A DNA stretch of 64,000 bases from an uncultured Clostridia bacterium (GCA_944349655.1 CALVNL010000002.1:5721-69720); one strand, 5' to 3'; positions 11,605-20,047 are shown, counted from the first letter of the stretch. Translations and numbers: made by a program. The notes: generated from the letters alone by a model not told the origin.

Positions 11605-11724
11605 ATTATCACCTCGATAATTTTATTTTGTAACAAAAAAACTCCGCTTTATTCGGAGTTTTCATATCGGCTTATGGATGGCTGATAAACTTAATCTCCG
11701 AACTTATCGTCGATTTCAGGTTAC
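11605..11724 (-). promoter_or_regulatory. 5' leader with mutually exclusive terminator/antiterminator (unclassified attenuator or riboswitch candidate)
   Basis: On the minus strand, the terminator is AACTCCG-aataaag-CGGAGTT followed by T7 (plus-strand coordinates 11635..11660). Upstream, TTCGGAG (plus-strand coordinates 11696..11702) can instead pair with CTCCGAA, which overlaps the terminator 5' arm. Confidence 0.5.
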
Positions 11725-11730
11725 GCTTAT

Positions 11731-11759
11731 ATTATATATACGCTTTATTGTAATGTCAA
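11731..11759 (-). promoter_or_regulatory. Sigma-A type promoter of the TM1266-like/ABC operon
   Basis: On the minus strand, TTGACA (11759..11754), a 17-nt spacer and TATAAT (11736..11731). The -35 overlaps the stop codon of the upstream gene. Confidence 0.6.
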
Positions 11760-12670
11760 TTAAAATAAATCATTTTTTCGCTTCCGCTATCGAATAATGA
11801 TATTTCACCTTTCTCGTTTTTCCACACTTTGACTTCTTTATCTATATATATATCGCTCAAAAGTTTCTTTTTTTCAAGAAGAATTTTTTCTCCGTCAAGT
11901 ATAATAAAAATTTGATTTTCAATTGGCTTAATCGTTGCGTTGACTATTTCAACATTTTTATGGAAATAATCCACTGCGTAAATCGATAATGGCTTAGCGG
12001 CTATATCGGAAGCCGAACCTTGTTGCATTACCGTACCGTAATTCATCAATACGGTTTCTCCATTGTTTTTAAGTGCCTCGTTTTTTTCCTTTGTTGCGTA
12101 TATAACTATACTTTTTTCAGCTTTTTCCGTAAGAAATTCCCATAAAGAGCAAAAAAGATTTTCACGATCATCTTGGTTGCATATTTTCAGAATATCGTCG
12201 CATAACAAAATTTGGGTTTCTCTCAAATCTGCCCGAGCCAGAGCCAGCTTTATTCTTTCGGCAGCGGTAAGGTTACGGACTTTGTTCCCTTCCGAACCTC
12301 TCAGCCTGAATTTGTCAAGGACAAAACGTACTTTTTCCTCGCTGTCCGCTTTCTCAAATTTCCTTATTCTGAGCGGATATAACAAATTGTAATCTACCGT
12401 TCTGTTTTCGAAAAACATTCCGTTTTCGAAAATCATACCGACGTTTTTTTTCTTGCCCTCTTTCGGAATAGTTTCCCCGTCCAACAAAATTTCTCCGCAG
12501 GCAGGTTTTCTTATTCCGGCAATACATTTCAGCAAAGAAGTTTTACCAGATTCGCTTTTCCCCAGCAAGGTAAGTACCTGTCCTTTTTTTGCTGTAAAAC
12601 TCACGTCGGAAACAGCCAGCGCTCCGTAAAAATATTTGTATGACAAATTCCTGACTTCCAAAAAACTCAT
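11756..12670 (-). CDS. MalK/UgpC-like ABC ATPase homolog with degenerate catalytic motifs (probable pseudo-ATPase)
   Basis: The Walker A motif is kept (GKSESGKTS). The other motifs are substituted: Q-loop FEN, signature LTAAERIKLALARA instead of LSGGQ, Walker B/catalytic LLCDD instead of LLDE, and H-loop ATKE instead of THD. A C-terminal beta-rich, TOBE-like domain is present. No adjacent permease gene encodes a partner for it. Confidence 0.7.
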   Translation of the reverse strand: MSFLEVRNLSYKYFYGALAVSDVSFTAKKGQVLTLLGKSESGKTSLLKCIAGIRKPACGEILLDGETIPKEGKKKNVGMIFENGMFFENRTVDYNLLYPLRIRKFEKADSEEKVRFVLDKFRLRGSEGNKVRNLTAAERIKLALARADLRETQILLCDDILKICNQDDRENLFCSLWEFLTEKAEKSIVIYATKEKNEALKNNGETVLMNYGTVMQQGSASDIAAKPLSIYAVDYFHKNVEIVNATIKPIENQIFIILDGEKILLEKKKLLSDIYIDKEVKVWKNEKGEISLFDSGSEKMIYFN

Positions 12671-12710
12671 AAAACAATTTTATCAAAAAAAAATTTTTTC
12701 CGCAATACGT

Positions 12711-12739
12711 TTGACAACCGTTTTTAACCGCCCTATAAT
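12711..12739 (+). promoter_or_regulatory. Sigma-A type promoter for the TPP riboswitch/thiT transcript
   Basis: TTGACA (12711-12716), a 17-nt spacer and TATAAT (12734-12739). Confidence 0.65.
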
Positions 12740-12751
12740 TAAAGAAAAAAT

Positions 12752-12872
12752 ACAACTGCCGGGGGTGACGGGAAATCCGTCTGAGATTACACCCTTTGAA
12801 CTTGATTGAGTTAGTACTCACGAAAGAAGGCTTAAAACTCCTTAAGTAATCTCGTTTTGCTTAAGGTTTTTT
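12752..12872 (+). promoter_or_regulatory. TPP (THI-box) riboswitch with terminator expression platform
   Basis: GGGGTG-ACGGgaaatCCGT-CTGAGA-ttacACCC-tttGAACTTGATtgaGTTAGTACtcaCGaaAGAAGG matches the THI element core (CTGAGA, ACCC, GAACCTGAT..TAATAC..CG.AGGGA). It is followed by the hairpin CCTTAAG(12840-46)/CTTAAGG(12860-66) plus a T6 run. Confidence 0.88.
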
Positions 12873-12903
12873 CTTTTTTAAGCTCCCGGTAAAAGGAGAA
12901 AAA

Positions 12904-13986
12904 ATGTTTACTGACCCCTTTAACACCCTTTCCACTTTCGAGAAAGCGGCAACGGTTGCTTTGTATCTGACGTTAGCCGTTATCGTTTTTGGCGTTATCG
13001 TCGGAATACTCGTCAAAAAATTCCGTCCCGATTCCTTCAAGAATTATACTTCCGCTCTCGGCGCAATGAGCGTAGGTTATTCCATCGGACTTATTGGAAT
13101 ACTCCTATTTCTTAAACTTGACGAATATATTGCCGACGGTTATATAGATAACGCCACTTTTATTCCGGTAGTTTGCCTGTTGTGTTCGGTTATCGTATTG
13201 GCTGTATGCGGATTGATTATAGCATTCTTTAAGCCCGAAAAATTCCGTCTTTTCGCAAAAATCGCTTTAGGTATAATCGGCGCTTTCGTATTAGCCATAA
13301 TTATCGCTACTATGGTTAAAAATTATCAGAGCGGTCCCGTGGAAAACATAGGTAACGAAGTTATGCTTTATGTGTTTACCGCAATACTTGCAGGAGCAAT
13401 AATTTTTATAGCATTATTCTTCGGAAAAAAGAATTTTTCCACCAACGATACAAAATCCATAGTATACGCTGCCGTAACCATCGCTATGAGTTTTGCTCTT
13501 AGTTATATACGTTTCCTCGAACTTCCCCAGGGTGGGTCGATAACGCTTGCAAGTCTTGTTCCTTTGATGATTTATTCCTATATGTTCGGTATCAGAAAAG
13601 GTCTGCTTGCGGGAATAATTTACGGATTCCTGCAATTCATTCAAGCTCCCTGGTTCTATCATCCGATACAATTCTTATTGGATTACCCCATCGCTTTCGG
13701 CGCAATCGGACTTGCGGGTATCTTCCACGAACGTAAAATCTTCGAGAATAAAAAAGTATTACAATTTGCCTTAAGTGCGATTATGGTTGCATTTTTCAGA
13801 TATCTTGCACACGTTATCAGCGGAATATTCGTATTCGGTTCCGCCGATCCGAATTATACTGCGGTGGCCTGGAGTTTCTTATACAATACCTTCACTTTCG
13901 GCGATATCGCAATCTGTATCGTCGCCGGCTGTGCTCTTTTCGCTTCCAAATCTTTTAATGCTTTTCTTGAAAAATCCGCACAATAA
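12904..13986 (+). CDS. thiT: Thiamine ECF-transporter S component ThiT fused to an N-terminal ~175-aa multi-TM domain
   Basis: The C-terminal half (LELPQGGSITLASLVPLMIYSYMFG...QFLLDYPIAFGAIGLAGIF...RYLAHVISGIFVFG...SFLYN) resembles ThiT. The N-terminal half has about 5 additional predicted TM helices. A TPP riboswitch lies directly upstream. Confidence 0.75.
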   Translation: MFTDPFNTLSTFEKAATVALYLTLAVIVFGVIVGILVKKFRPDSFKNYTSALGAMSVGYSIGLIGILLFLKLDEYIADGYIDNATFIPVVCLLCSVIVLAVCGLIIAFFKPEKFRLFAKIALGIIGAFVLAIIIATMVKNYQSGPVENIGNEVMLYVFTAILAGAIIFIALFFGKKNFSTNDTKSIVYAAVTIAMSFALSYIRFLELPQGGSITLASLVPLMIYSYMFGIRKGLLAGIIYGFLQFIQAPWFYHPIQFLLDYPIAFGAIGLAGIFHERKIFENKKVLQFALSAIMVAFFRYLAHVISGIFVFGSADPNYTAVAWSFLYNTFTFGDIAICIVAGCALFASKSFNAFLEKSAQ

Positions 13987-13998
13987 ATTTTATCGTAT

Positions 13999-14035
13999 AA
14001 AAAAAGAGCTGTCCGCAAAGACAGCTCTTTTTTTA
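13999..14035. terminator. Bidirectional intrinsic terminator (thiT / pgi convergent)
   Basis: Stem AGAGCTGTC (14005-13) / GACAGCTCT (14020-28), flanked by an A-run and a T7 run. Confidence 0.8.
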
Positions 14036-14045
14036 TAAAATGTAA

Positions 14046-15455
14046 TTAAATAATGTATTTTGCGTCCTTTTCCTTTCTGGAATTGAGTTCTTCTTTTTTA
14101 GCTTCGTAACCCTCTCTGCCGAGCAAAGCGTACGTTGCGTTCTTTCCTTCCTCGACGCCCGGCTGATTAAATGTATCTATATTCATCAAAGCCCCCGTAT
14201 ATGCGGTCTGCAACATAAAGAACATCATCAGCTGACCCAAAGTATAAGCGTTGACTTCGGGAAGCATAATCCTGTTGTTGAGTCTGCCCGAACGGGTAAG
14301 CGCATACTCGGTAGCATTCATTTCGGCGGTAATAAGTTCGTTCATCGTATGTCCGCAAAGGAAATTAACGCCCGGGATATCTTCGCAACCGTCGGAAATA
14401 ACTACCGTTTTACGATATTCGTCTACTCCGATAAGGGTTATAACTTTATCGAAAGGTCCTTCGGTATATAACTGAACCTGACTGTGCTGGTCGGTAACGC
14501 CGAGAGCTTTTACGGGAGTCTGACCTACGTTTACCTTTTTGCCTTCGAGGTCTACGGCTTTTCCGAGACTTTCTCCCCAAAGCTGAGCATACCAGTCCGC
14601 CATAAGTTTAAGACTGTCGGCATAAGGCATCATAACCGAAATATTGCAACCTTTTTCCATAGCTATATATTGCAAAAGAGCGGCTGTAAGAGCGGAGTTC
14701 TTGGATAAATTATCGCTTGAACATTTTTTATCCATATATGCTGCGCCTTTCAGCATATTTTTAATATCTATGCCGAGTACGGCTGCGGGAAGAAGCCCTA
14801 CAGGACACAATTCACTGAACCTGCCGCCTACTCCGTCGGGAATATAAAAAGTTTTCAAGCCTTCCTTTTGAGCGATTTTTATAAGGTTGCCTTTACTTTC
14901 GGACGTAGTAGCTATCATATGCGACGCCAGGTCTCCGCCGAGTTCTTTTTTAATGATATCGGTAATAATAAGATACTGACTCATCGTTTCGCTGGTAGAA
15001 CCGCTTTTGGTAATAACGTTAAACATTGTTTTCTTTACGTCTATTACGTCGAGTAAAGCCGCCATTCTCTCGGGATCGACGTTGTCTTCGACATAGAACT
15101 TGGGAGCTTTCCTCTTGCTTTTGGGAAGTTCGTTATGATGCAAGTGGCACAACGCCTGAAAAGCCGCCATAGGTCCGAGTGCCGAACCGCCTATTCCGAG
15201 GACGACGAAATAATCGTATTTCTTTCTTATATCCTTAGCCGTAGCGATTATATCCTCCACTACTTCGGATTGGTTGTAAGGTAGTTCCGTCCAACCCATC
15301 ATATTTTGCCCTCTACCTGCCTTCACCGCTTCGAACGCCGATTTCGCAGCGTCTTTGTAAGCTTTGAGTTCGGCAGGAGTGATACCTTTTTCTCCGACAT
15401 AGTCGGACATCATATTGTTGTAATCGAAACGTATAGGTTCTTTCTTGAATGCCAT
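14046..15455 (-). CDS. pgi: Glucose-6-phosphate isomerase
   Basis: Bacillus/Clostridium-type PGI: VVLGIGGSALGP, TKSGSTSETM, GGRFSELCPVGLLPAA, DQHSQVQLYTEGP. Confidence 0.95.
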   Translation of the reverse strand: MAFKKEPIRFDYNNMMSDYVGEKGITPAELKAYKDAAKSAFEAVKAGRGQNMMGWTELPYNQSEVVEDIIATAKDIRKKYDYFVVLGIGGSALGPMAAFQALCHLHHNELPKSKRKAPKFYVEDNVDPERMAALLDVIDVKKTMFNVITKSGSTSETMSQYLIITDIIKKELGGDLASHMIATTSESKGNLIKIAQKEGLKTFYIPDGVGGRFSELCPVGLLPAAVLGIDIKNMLKGAAYMDKKCSSDNLSKNSALTAALLQYIAMEKGCNISVMMPYADSLKLMADWYAQLWGESLGKAVDLEGKKVNVGQTPVKALGVTDQHSQVQLYTEGPFDKVITLIGVDEYRKTVVISDGCEDIPGVNFLCGHTMNELITAEMNATEYALTRSGRLNNRIMLPEVNAYTLGQLMMFFMLQTAYTGALMNIDTFNQPGVEEGKNATYALLGREGYEAKKEELNSRKEKDAKYII

Positions 15456-15456
15456 G

Positions 15457-16269
15457 TTAAATTCCTCCGTAATTTGTAGCTTTATATAAACATTCGTTTA
15501 AGTATTCATAACTTTTCCCCAACTCGTCGTACGTAGTGTAGTCGTTGGCGTAAACTTCGATAATTGCAGGTCCGTCGTATCCCGTTTCGGCAAGACGAGC
15601 AAACAATCTGACAAAATCGAATGTACCTTTTCCCGGTATGGCAAGTTTCCCGTTGTCGTCGTAATCGCACAAATGCACGTTTACCAATCTGTCAGCCATA
15701 CAGTCTATATATTCGTATAGATCTATTCCCGATAAATACGCCTGTTTTATATCGAGACAGGTTTTTACGTCGGTATATTTTTTCAGATTTATAAAATACT
15801 CAGGCGTATTAAAATAAGTCCAATGGACGTTTTCATAACTTAATCGGGTGGTATTATTGCTTTCGAAATAAAGCAGGTCGCAAAGCTCCTGAACCCTTTT
15901 CCCTATTTTTTCGTAATTATGGATATAAGGCAATTTCTTGAACTTGCTCGGCCCGTGAAAAGTATAAAAAGACGCACCCAGTCGGTGAGCGTCTCTTGCA
16001 ACCTGTTTGAAAATTTTTTCGCAATCGTTTCTTGTTCTTTCCGTCGGATTGAAAAGCTCCGGCTCGAACTGCTGATTCAGCGTATGAACGGAATAAATAT
16101 GTGTTTCGCCTTTAACTTTAAGTAAAGTATCGATAAATTCATCCGTATATTCCGAAAAAGTACTTAAAAAGACTTCGCAAACAGGGATATTTAATTTATG
16201 TAAGATTTCAAAAGCGGCCTCCGTCTTCTCTTTTGAAAAGAGGGAGGCCGTACTCATTCCTATCTGCAT
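15457..16269 (-). CDS. Sugar phosphate isomerase/epimerase (xylose isomerase-like TIM barrel)
   Basis: 270 aa with an AP_endonuc_2-like pattern (FHGP, SYENVHW, VHLCDY, IIEVY). The substrate is unknown. Confidence 0.6.
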   Translation of the reverse strand: MQIGMSTASLFSKEKTEAAFEILHKLNIPVCEVFLSTFSEYTDEFIDTLLKVKGETHIYSVHTLNQQFEPELFNPTERTRNDCEKIFKQVARDAHRLGASFYTFHGPSKFKKLPYIHNYEKIGKRVQELCDLLYFESNNTTRLSYENVHWTYFNTPEYFINLKKYTDVKTCLDIKQAYLSGIDLYEYIDCMADRLVNVHLCDYDDNGKLAIPGKGTFDFVRLFARLAETGYDGPAIIEVYANDYTTYDELGKSYEYLNECLYKATNYGGI

Positions 16270-16270
16270 A

Positions 16271-16807
16271 TCAATATTCCGGTTCGATAAGGCCGTAATC
16301 TCCGTCGTTACGTTTATACAAAACGCATACCTTATTATTGTCGCCGTTTACGAAAATATAGAAATTATGGTTAAGAAATTCCATTTCTTCCACGGCATTT
16401 TCCACGCTGGTTACGGAAATTTCGAATTTTTTAACCTTTACGATCTTGCCCTTATCGACTTCCTCTTCACTCTCGCTTTCGGAGTAAATGGCAGGGGTAT
16501 CGAAAGCTCCTTTCTTGATTCTCGAACCGAACTTGTCGCGATATTTTACGATTTGTCTTTCAAGTCTCGGTAAAATAGTATCGATGTTTTCGTTCATTTT
16601 ATCGCTGGTTGCGGAAGAACGCACGCTGAGATTGTCGGCGTCTATGGAAACTTCCATGGTATAAGCGTTATTGCCCGAAATACGGAGTTTTACTTTGGCA
16701 TAAGCCTCGTTATCGAAATATTTATCGAATTTACCGAGTTTTTTGTTAATCAGATTTTTCAAACCGTCATCTAACCGATAATTTTTTGATAGAATTTCAA
16801 TACGCAT
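16271..16807 (-). CDS. hpf: Ribosome hibernation promoting factor (long form)
   Basis: It has the N-terminal S30AE domain (MRIEILSKNY...YFD...AKVKL...YTMEVSI) and the C-terminal dimerisation domain (KVKKFEISVTSVENAVEEMEFLNHNFYIFVN). The ATG at 16807 has AGGAGG 7 nt upstream. The longer ORF would overlap the clp gene. Confidence 0.9.
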   Translation of the reverse strand: MRIEILSKNYRLDDGLKNLINKKLGKFDKYFDNEAYAKVKLRISGNNAYTMEVSIDADNLSVRSSATSDKMNENIDTILPRLERQIVKYRDKFGSRIKKGAFDTPAIYSESESEEEVDKGKIVKVKKFEISVTSVENAVEEMEFLNHNFYIFVNGDNNKVCVLYKRNDGDYGLIEPEY

Positions 16808-16811
16808 AAAC

Positions 16812-19076
16812 TTATCCTCCTGTTTGATAAAATTCAAGCCGTCCGTTATTCATCATAACTCGAACGGCAGTGTTTTTGAGATTGTTACGAATTATTTCTT
16901 CACTTAAACGATCCTCTAAATATGTTTCCACGACTCTTTTCAACGGTCTTGCACCGTATTCGTCGTTATAAGCTATATTTGCCAGATAAACTTTCGTTTC
17001 CTCGTCCACTATCAATTCTATATTTCTTTCGGACTTCAGAACGTCTTTTATCCTTTCAATAAATATATTCGCTATCTCAACTATATTATCCTTAGTTAAT
17101 TTATTAAATACTATAATATTATCCACTCGGTTGATAAACTCGGGACGCATGGCTTTCTTCAATGCTTCTATCCTTGCTTCTCTTTCTTCTGCAGATTTAT
17201 CGTTGCGAACAAAGCCTACGCTCGTTTTCCCCTGAACTTCCGCTCCACCGATGTTGCTTGTCATAATAATAATGGTATTCTTAAAATCCACGGTGCGCCC
17301 TTTTCCATCGGTAAGTCTACCGTCGTCAAGCACCTGCAACAGTACGTCGAAAACTTCCGGATGAGCTTTTTCCATTTCGTCCAGCAAAATAACGGAATAA
17401 GGTTTTCGTCTTACGGCTTCGGTGAGTAAACCGCCTTCTTCATACCCGACATATCCGGGAGGCGCGCCAATAAGACGAGAAGTGGAATTTTTCTCGCCGT
17501 ATTCGCTCATATCTATTCTGATAAGAGACTTTTCGTCCCCGAAAAGAAATTCGCTGAGCGCTTTTGCCGTTTCGGTTTTTCCGACTCCCGTAGGTCCGAG
17601 GAAAATAAAGGAACCTGCAGGGCGCGAAGGATCTTTCAATCCCGAACGAGATCTTCTTATTGTTTTAGCTATGGCCATAGCCGCCTCTTTTTGCCCGATC
17701 ACTTTCTCAGAAAGAGCTTTTTCTATATTCATAAGTCTGACGCTTTCGTCTTCGGTCAGATTTTGCAAAGGTATCCCCGTCATTTCCACGATTATTTCTT
17801 TGATATCCGAAGCTTTAAGTTCGGGCATTAACTCGCTTAAAGTTTCGTTTCTTTTCTTACTGCACGCCTCGTCAATAATATCAATAGCTTTATCGGGTAA
17901 AAATCTGTCGGAAACATACCTTGCCGAGAGTTCTACGGCAGACGATAAAGCCTCATCTGTAATAATGACGGAATGATGTCTTTCAAAGGTGTCTTTCAAC
18001 CCTTTCAGAATACTTAAACTCGCCGCAACGGTGGGTTCTTCCACGTTTACAACCATAAACCTGCGTTCCAATGCCGGATCTCTTTCAATAAATTTACGAT
18101 ATTCCGATATCGTGGTTGCTCCTATTGTGGAAAACCTTCCGTCGGTAAGCACGGGCTTAAGTATATTGGCTAAATTCATTCCACCGTCCGACCCTCCCGC
18201 GTTCACTATGGTATGAAGTTCGTCAATAAACAAAATTATCCCTTTACCCTGCAGAAAAGAAAGTACGTTTTTGATTTTCTCTTCCAACTCTCCCCTGTAG
18301 CGAGTTCCCGACACCAGACTGTTGACGTTAAGTGAAAATATTCTTTTCCCTTTCAAAAAATCCGGAACCTCGCCCTTCACTATTTTTTGAGCTAATCCTT
18401 CTATAACGGCAGTTTTACCCACTCCCGGTTCTCCTACCACAACGGGATTGTTCTTAAATTTTCTGGATAGAATCTGAATAAGCCGACCAATTTCTTTTTC
18501 TCTGCCGAAAACAGGATTTAATTCTCCTTGTTCCGCCTTGGCAGTAAGATCGGTTCCGTTTTCGTTAATGATGGGTTCGGTATCCGTTTTTTCTTGTTCG
18601 GAAACCTCTATACCGTCTTTTTTCTCCGACTTAATACTCTCGTCGGACGATTTCCCGATACGGTTATAGGTCATTCCGTTCACTATGGACAATATAGCGG
18701 AATAGTCTATCCCGTGACGCGCCAGCACTTTTCCTCCTAAAGAAGATTTATGAAAACTAAGCGAAAGTAACAGGTGTTGCGTATCTGTTTTTTCGTAACC
18801 TGAATTTTCCGCAACAACAGACGCGTATTCGAGAATTTTGTTATACATAGGACCCGGTAAAGCGGGCGTCTGAGGATTTCCGAAAACTTTTATCAGATAG
18901 CTTTTGGCTATTTCTTCGGTAAACCCGAGTCTGGAAAGGATTTCGTAAGCGTAGCACCTTTCGGTACAGGCAAGCGCCATCAGAATATGAAGACTGTCTA
19001 TCGAACTTCCCGAATGTGAAGCAAAGGTCTCGGCTAACCCCAAGACCTTTTTTACTTCGTTTGTTAATTCTTGCAT
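16812..19076 (-). CDS. Clp/Hsp100 AAA+ ATPase, ClpC-like but without a middle domain
   Basis: It has Clp_N repeats and two AAA+ modules (GEPGVGKTA / LFIDELH; GPTGVGKTE / ILLDEMEKAH). A VGF tripeptide is a possible ClpP-docking loop. Only about 15 residues separate DIIDEACSKKR from IKEIIVEMTGIP. Confidence 0.85.
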   Translation of the reverse strand: MQELTNEVKKVLGLAETFASHSGSSIDSLHILMALACTERCYAYEILSRLGFTEEIAKSYLIKVFGNPQTPALPGPMYNKILEYASVVAENSGYEKTDTQHLLLSLSFHKSSLGGKVLARHGIDYSAILSIVNGMTYNRIGKSSDESIKSEKKDGIEVSEQEKTDTEPIINENGTDLTAKAEQGELNPVFGREKEIGRLIQILSRKFKNNPVVVGEPGVGKTAVIEGLAQKIVKGEVPDFLKGKRIFSLNVNSLVSGTRYRGELEEKIKNVLSFLQGKGIILFIDELHTIVNAGGSDGGMNLANILKPVLTDGRFSTIGATTISEYRKFIERDPALERRFMVVNVEEPTVAASLSILKGLKDTFERHHSVIITDEALSSAVELSARYVSDRFLPDKAIDIIDEACSKKRNETLSELMPELKASDIKEIIVEMTGIPLQNLTEDESVRLMNIEKALSEKVIGQKEAAMAIAKTIRRSRSGLKDPSRPAGSFIFLGPTGVGKTETAKALSEFLFGDEKSLIRIDMSEYGEKNSTSRLIGAPPGYVGYEEGGLLTEAVRRKPYSVILLDEMEKAHPEVFDVLLQVLDDGRLTDGKGRTVDFKNTIIIMTSNIGGAEVQGKTSVGFVRNDKSAEEREARIEALKKAMRPEFINRVDNIIVFNKLTKDNIVEIANIFIERIKDVLKSERNIELIVDEETKVYLANIAYNDEYGARPLKRVVETYLEDRLSEEIIRNNLKNTAVRVMMNNGRLEFYQTGG

Positions 19077-19093
19077 TTTCCCCCCGGAAATAA

Positions 19094-19969
19094 TTAAATC
19101 TCTTTAATAATTTCCTTTAGATATTTTTTCAAACCCGAATTGATTTCTCCGTTTCTTAAAGCATATTCGATATTCGCGATAATATACCCGAGTTTATCCC
19201 CTATATCGTATCTTCTCCCTTCGAATGAATAAGCGAAAACCGCCATATCTTTAGCCATTAGCTCTATTGCGGTAGGAAGATATACTTCACCGTTAGGCGC
19301 GGCAGGAGTCTCTTTAATGTATTCGAATATATCGGGAGTGAGAACGAATCGTCCCAAACTGGTTAATTGCGAAGGTAGTTCCTCCAATTTCGGTTTTTCC
19401 TTAAACCCTAATATCTCGGTATATCTGCCTTTGACTTTACCGGGAACTACCACGCCGTATTTAGGGCATTCTTCCCTCGGCTGCTCCTGAACGCCTACTA
19501 TGGTGGCTCCTGTCTGTTCGTAAACTTTTATAAGCTGTGCCGTAACGGGATTTTCGGGATTATACATAACGTCATCTCCGAACAATACCGCAAAGGGATC
19601 GTTCCCGACAAAACTTTTACATAATTCAATGGCTTTACCGGTCCCCCGCATTTCCTTTTGACGAACGTAAACGATATTTACTTTGTCCGACAATTTATTC
19701 ATTTTCTCAATATCCGAAAGCTTTCCGCTTTTTATAAGAGCGTATTCTACTTCCACGTTCCTGTCGAAGTGATCGGCGATATTGTTTTTGTTACGTCCCA
19801 GAATAATACAAACGTCGGTTATTCCGCTGAGAGCACATTCTTCAACTATATATTGAATACTCGGAACGTCCACAATGGGAAGCATTTCTTTGGGCATAGC
19901 CTTTGTTGCCGGCAAAAATCTCGTTCCGTATCCTGCCGCAGGAATAATTGCTTTAGTAACTTGTTTCAA
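19094..19969 (-). CDS. galU: UTP--glucose-1-phosphate uridylyltransferase
   Basis: Contains KAIIPAAGYGTRFLPATKAMPKEMLPIVD and VLFGDD. The preferred start is the TTG at 19969, giving MKQVTKAIIPAAG, the usual N-terminus length, with AGAGGAG upstream. The track ORF extends to a TTG at 20005. Confidence 0.88.
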   Translation of the reverse strand: MKQVTKAIIPAAGYGTRFLPATKAMPKEMLPIVDVPSIQYIVEECALSGITDVCIILGRNKNNIADHFDRNVEVEYALIKSGKLSDIEKMNKLSDKVNIVYVRQKEMRGTGKAIELCKSFVGNDPFAVLFGDDVMYNPENPVTAQLIKVYEQTGATIVGVQEQPREECPKYGVVVPGKVKGRYTEILGFKEKPKLEELPSQLTSLGRFVLTPDIFEYIKETPAAPNGEVYLPTAIELMAKDMAVFAYSFEGRRYDIGDKLGYIIANIEYALRNGEINSGLKKYLKEIIKEI

Positions 19970-20018
19970 TGTAAATAAATCTCCTCTTTTTTTCTGAAGG
20001 TTCAATCCCCCGTAGAAT

Positions 20019-20047
20019 AATTATATAGCCCATTCGGATAAAAATCA
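20019..20047 (-). promoter_or_regulatory. Candidate sigma-A promoter for galU-clp-hpf
   Basis: On the minus strand, TTGATT (20047..20042), a 17-nt spacer and TATAAT (20024..20019). Confidence 0.5.

Noticed and set aside
11605-11724. Possibility that the ABC operon leader is a second TPP riboswitch (NMT1/ThiY-like binding proteins are often TPP-regulated)
   Set aside because: The leader contains no CTGAGA/ACCC/GAACCTGAT THI-box core, so I left it unclassified.
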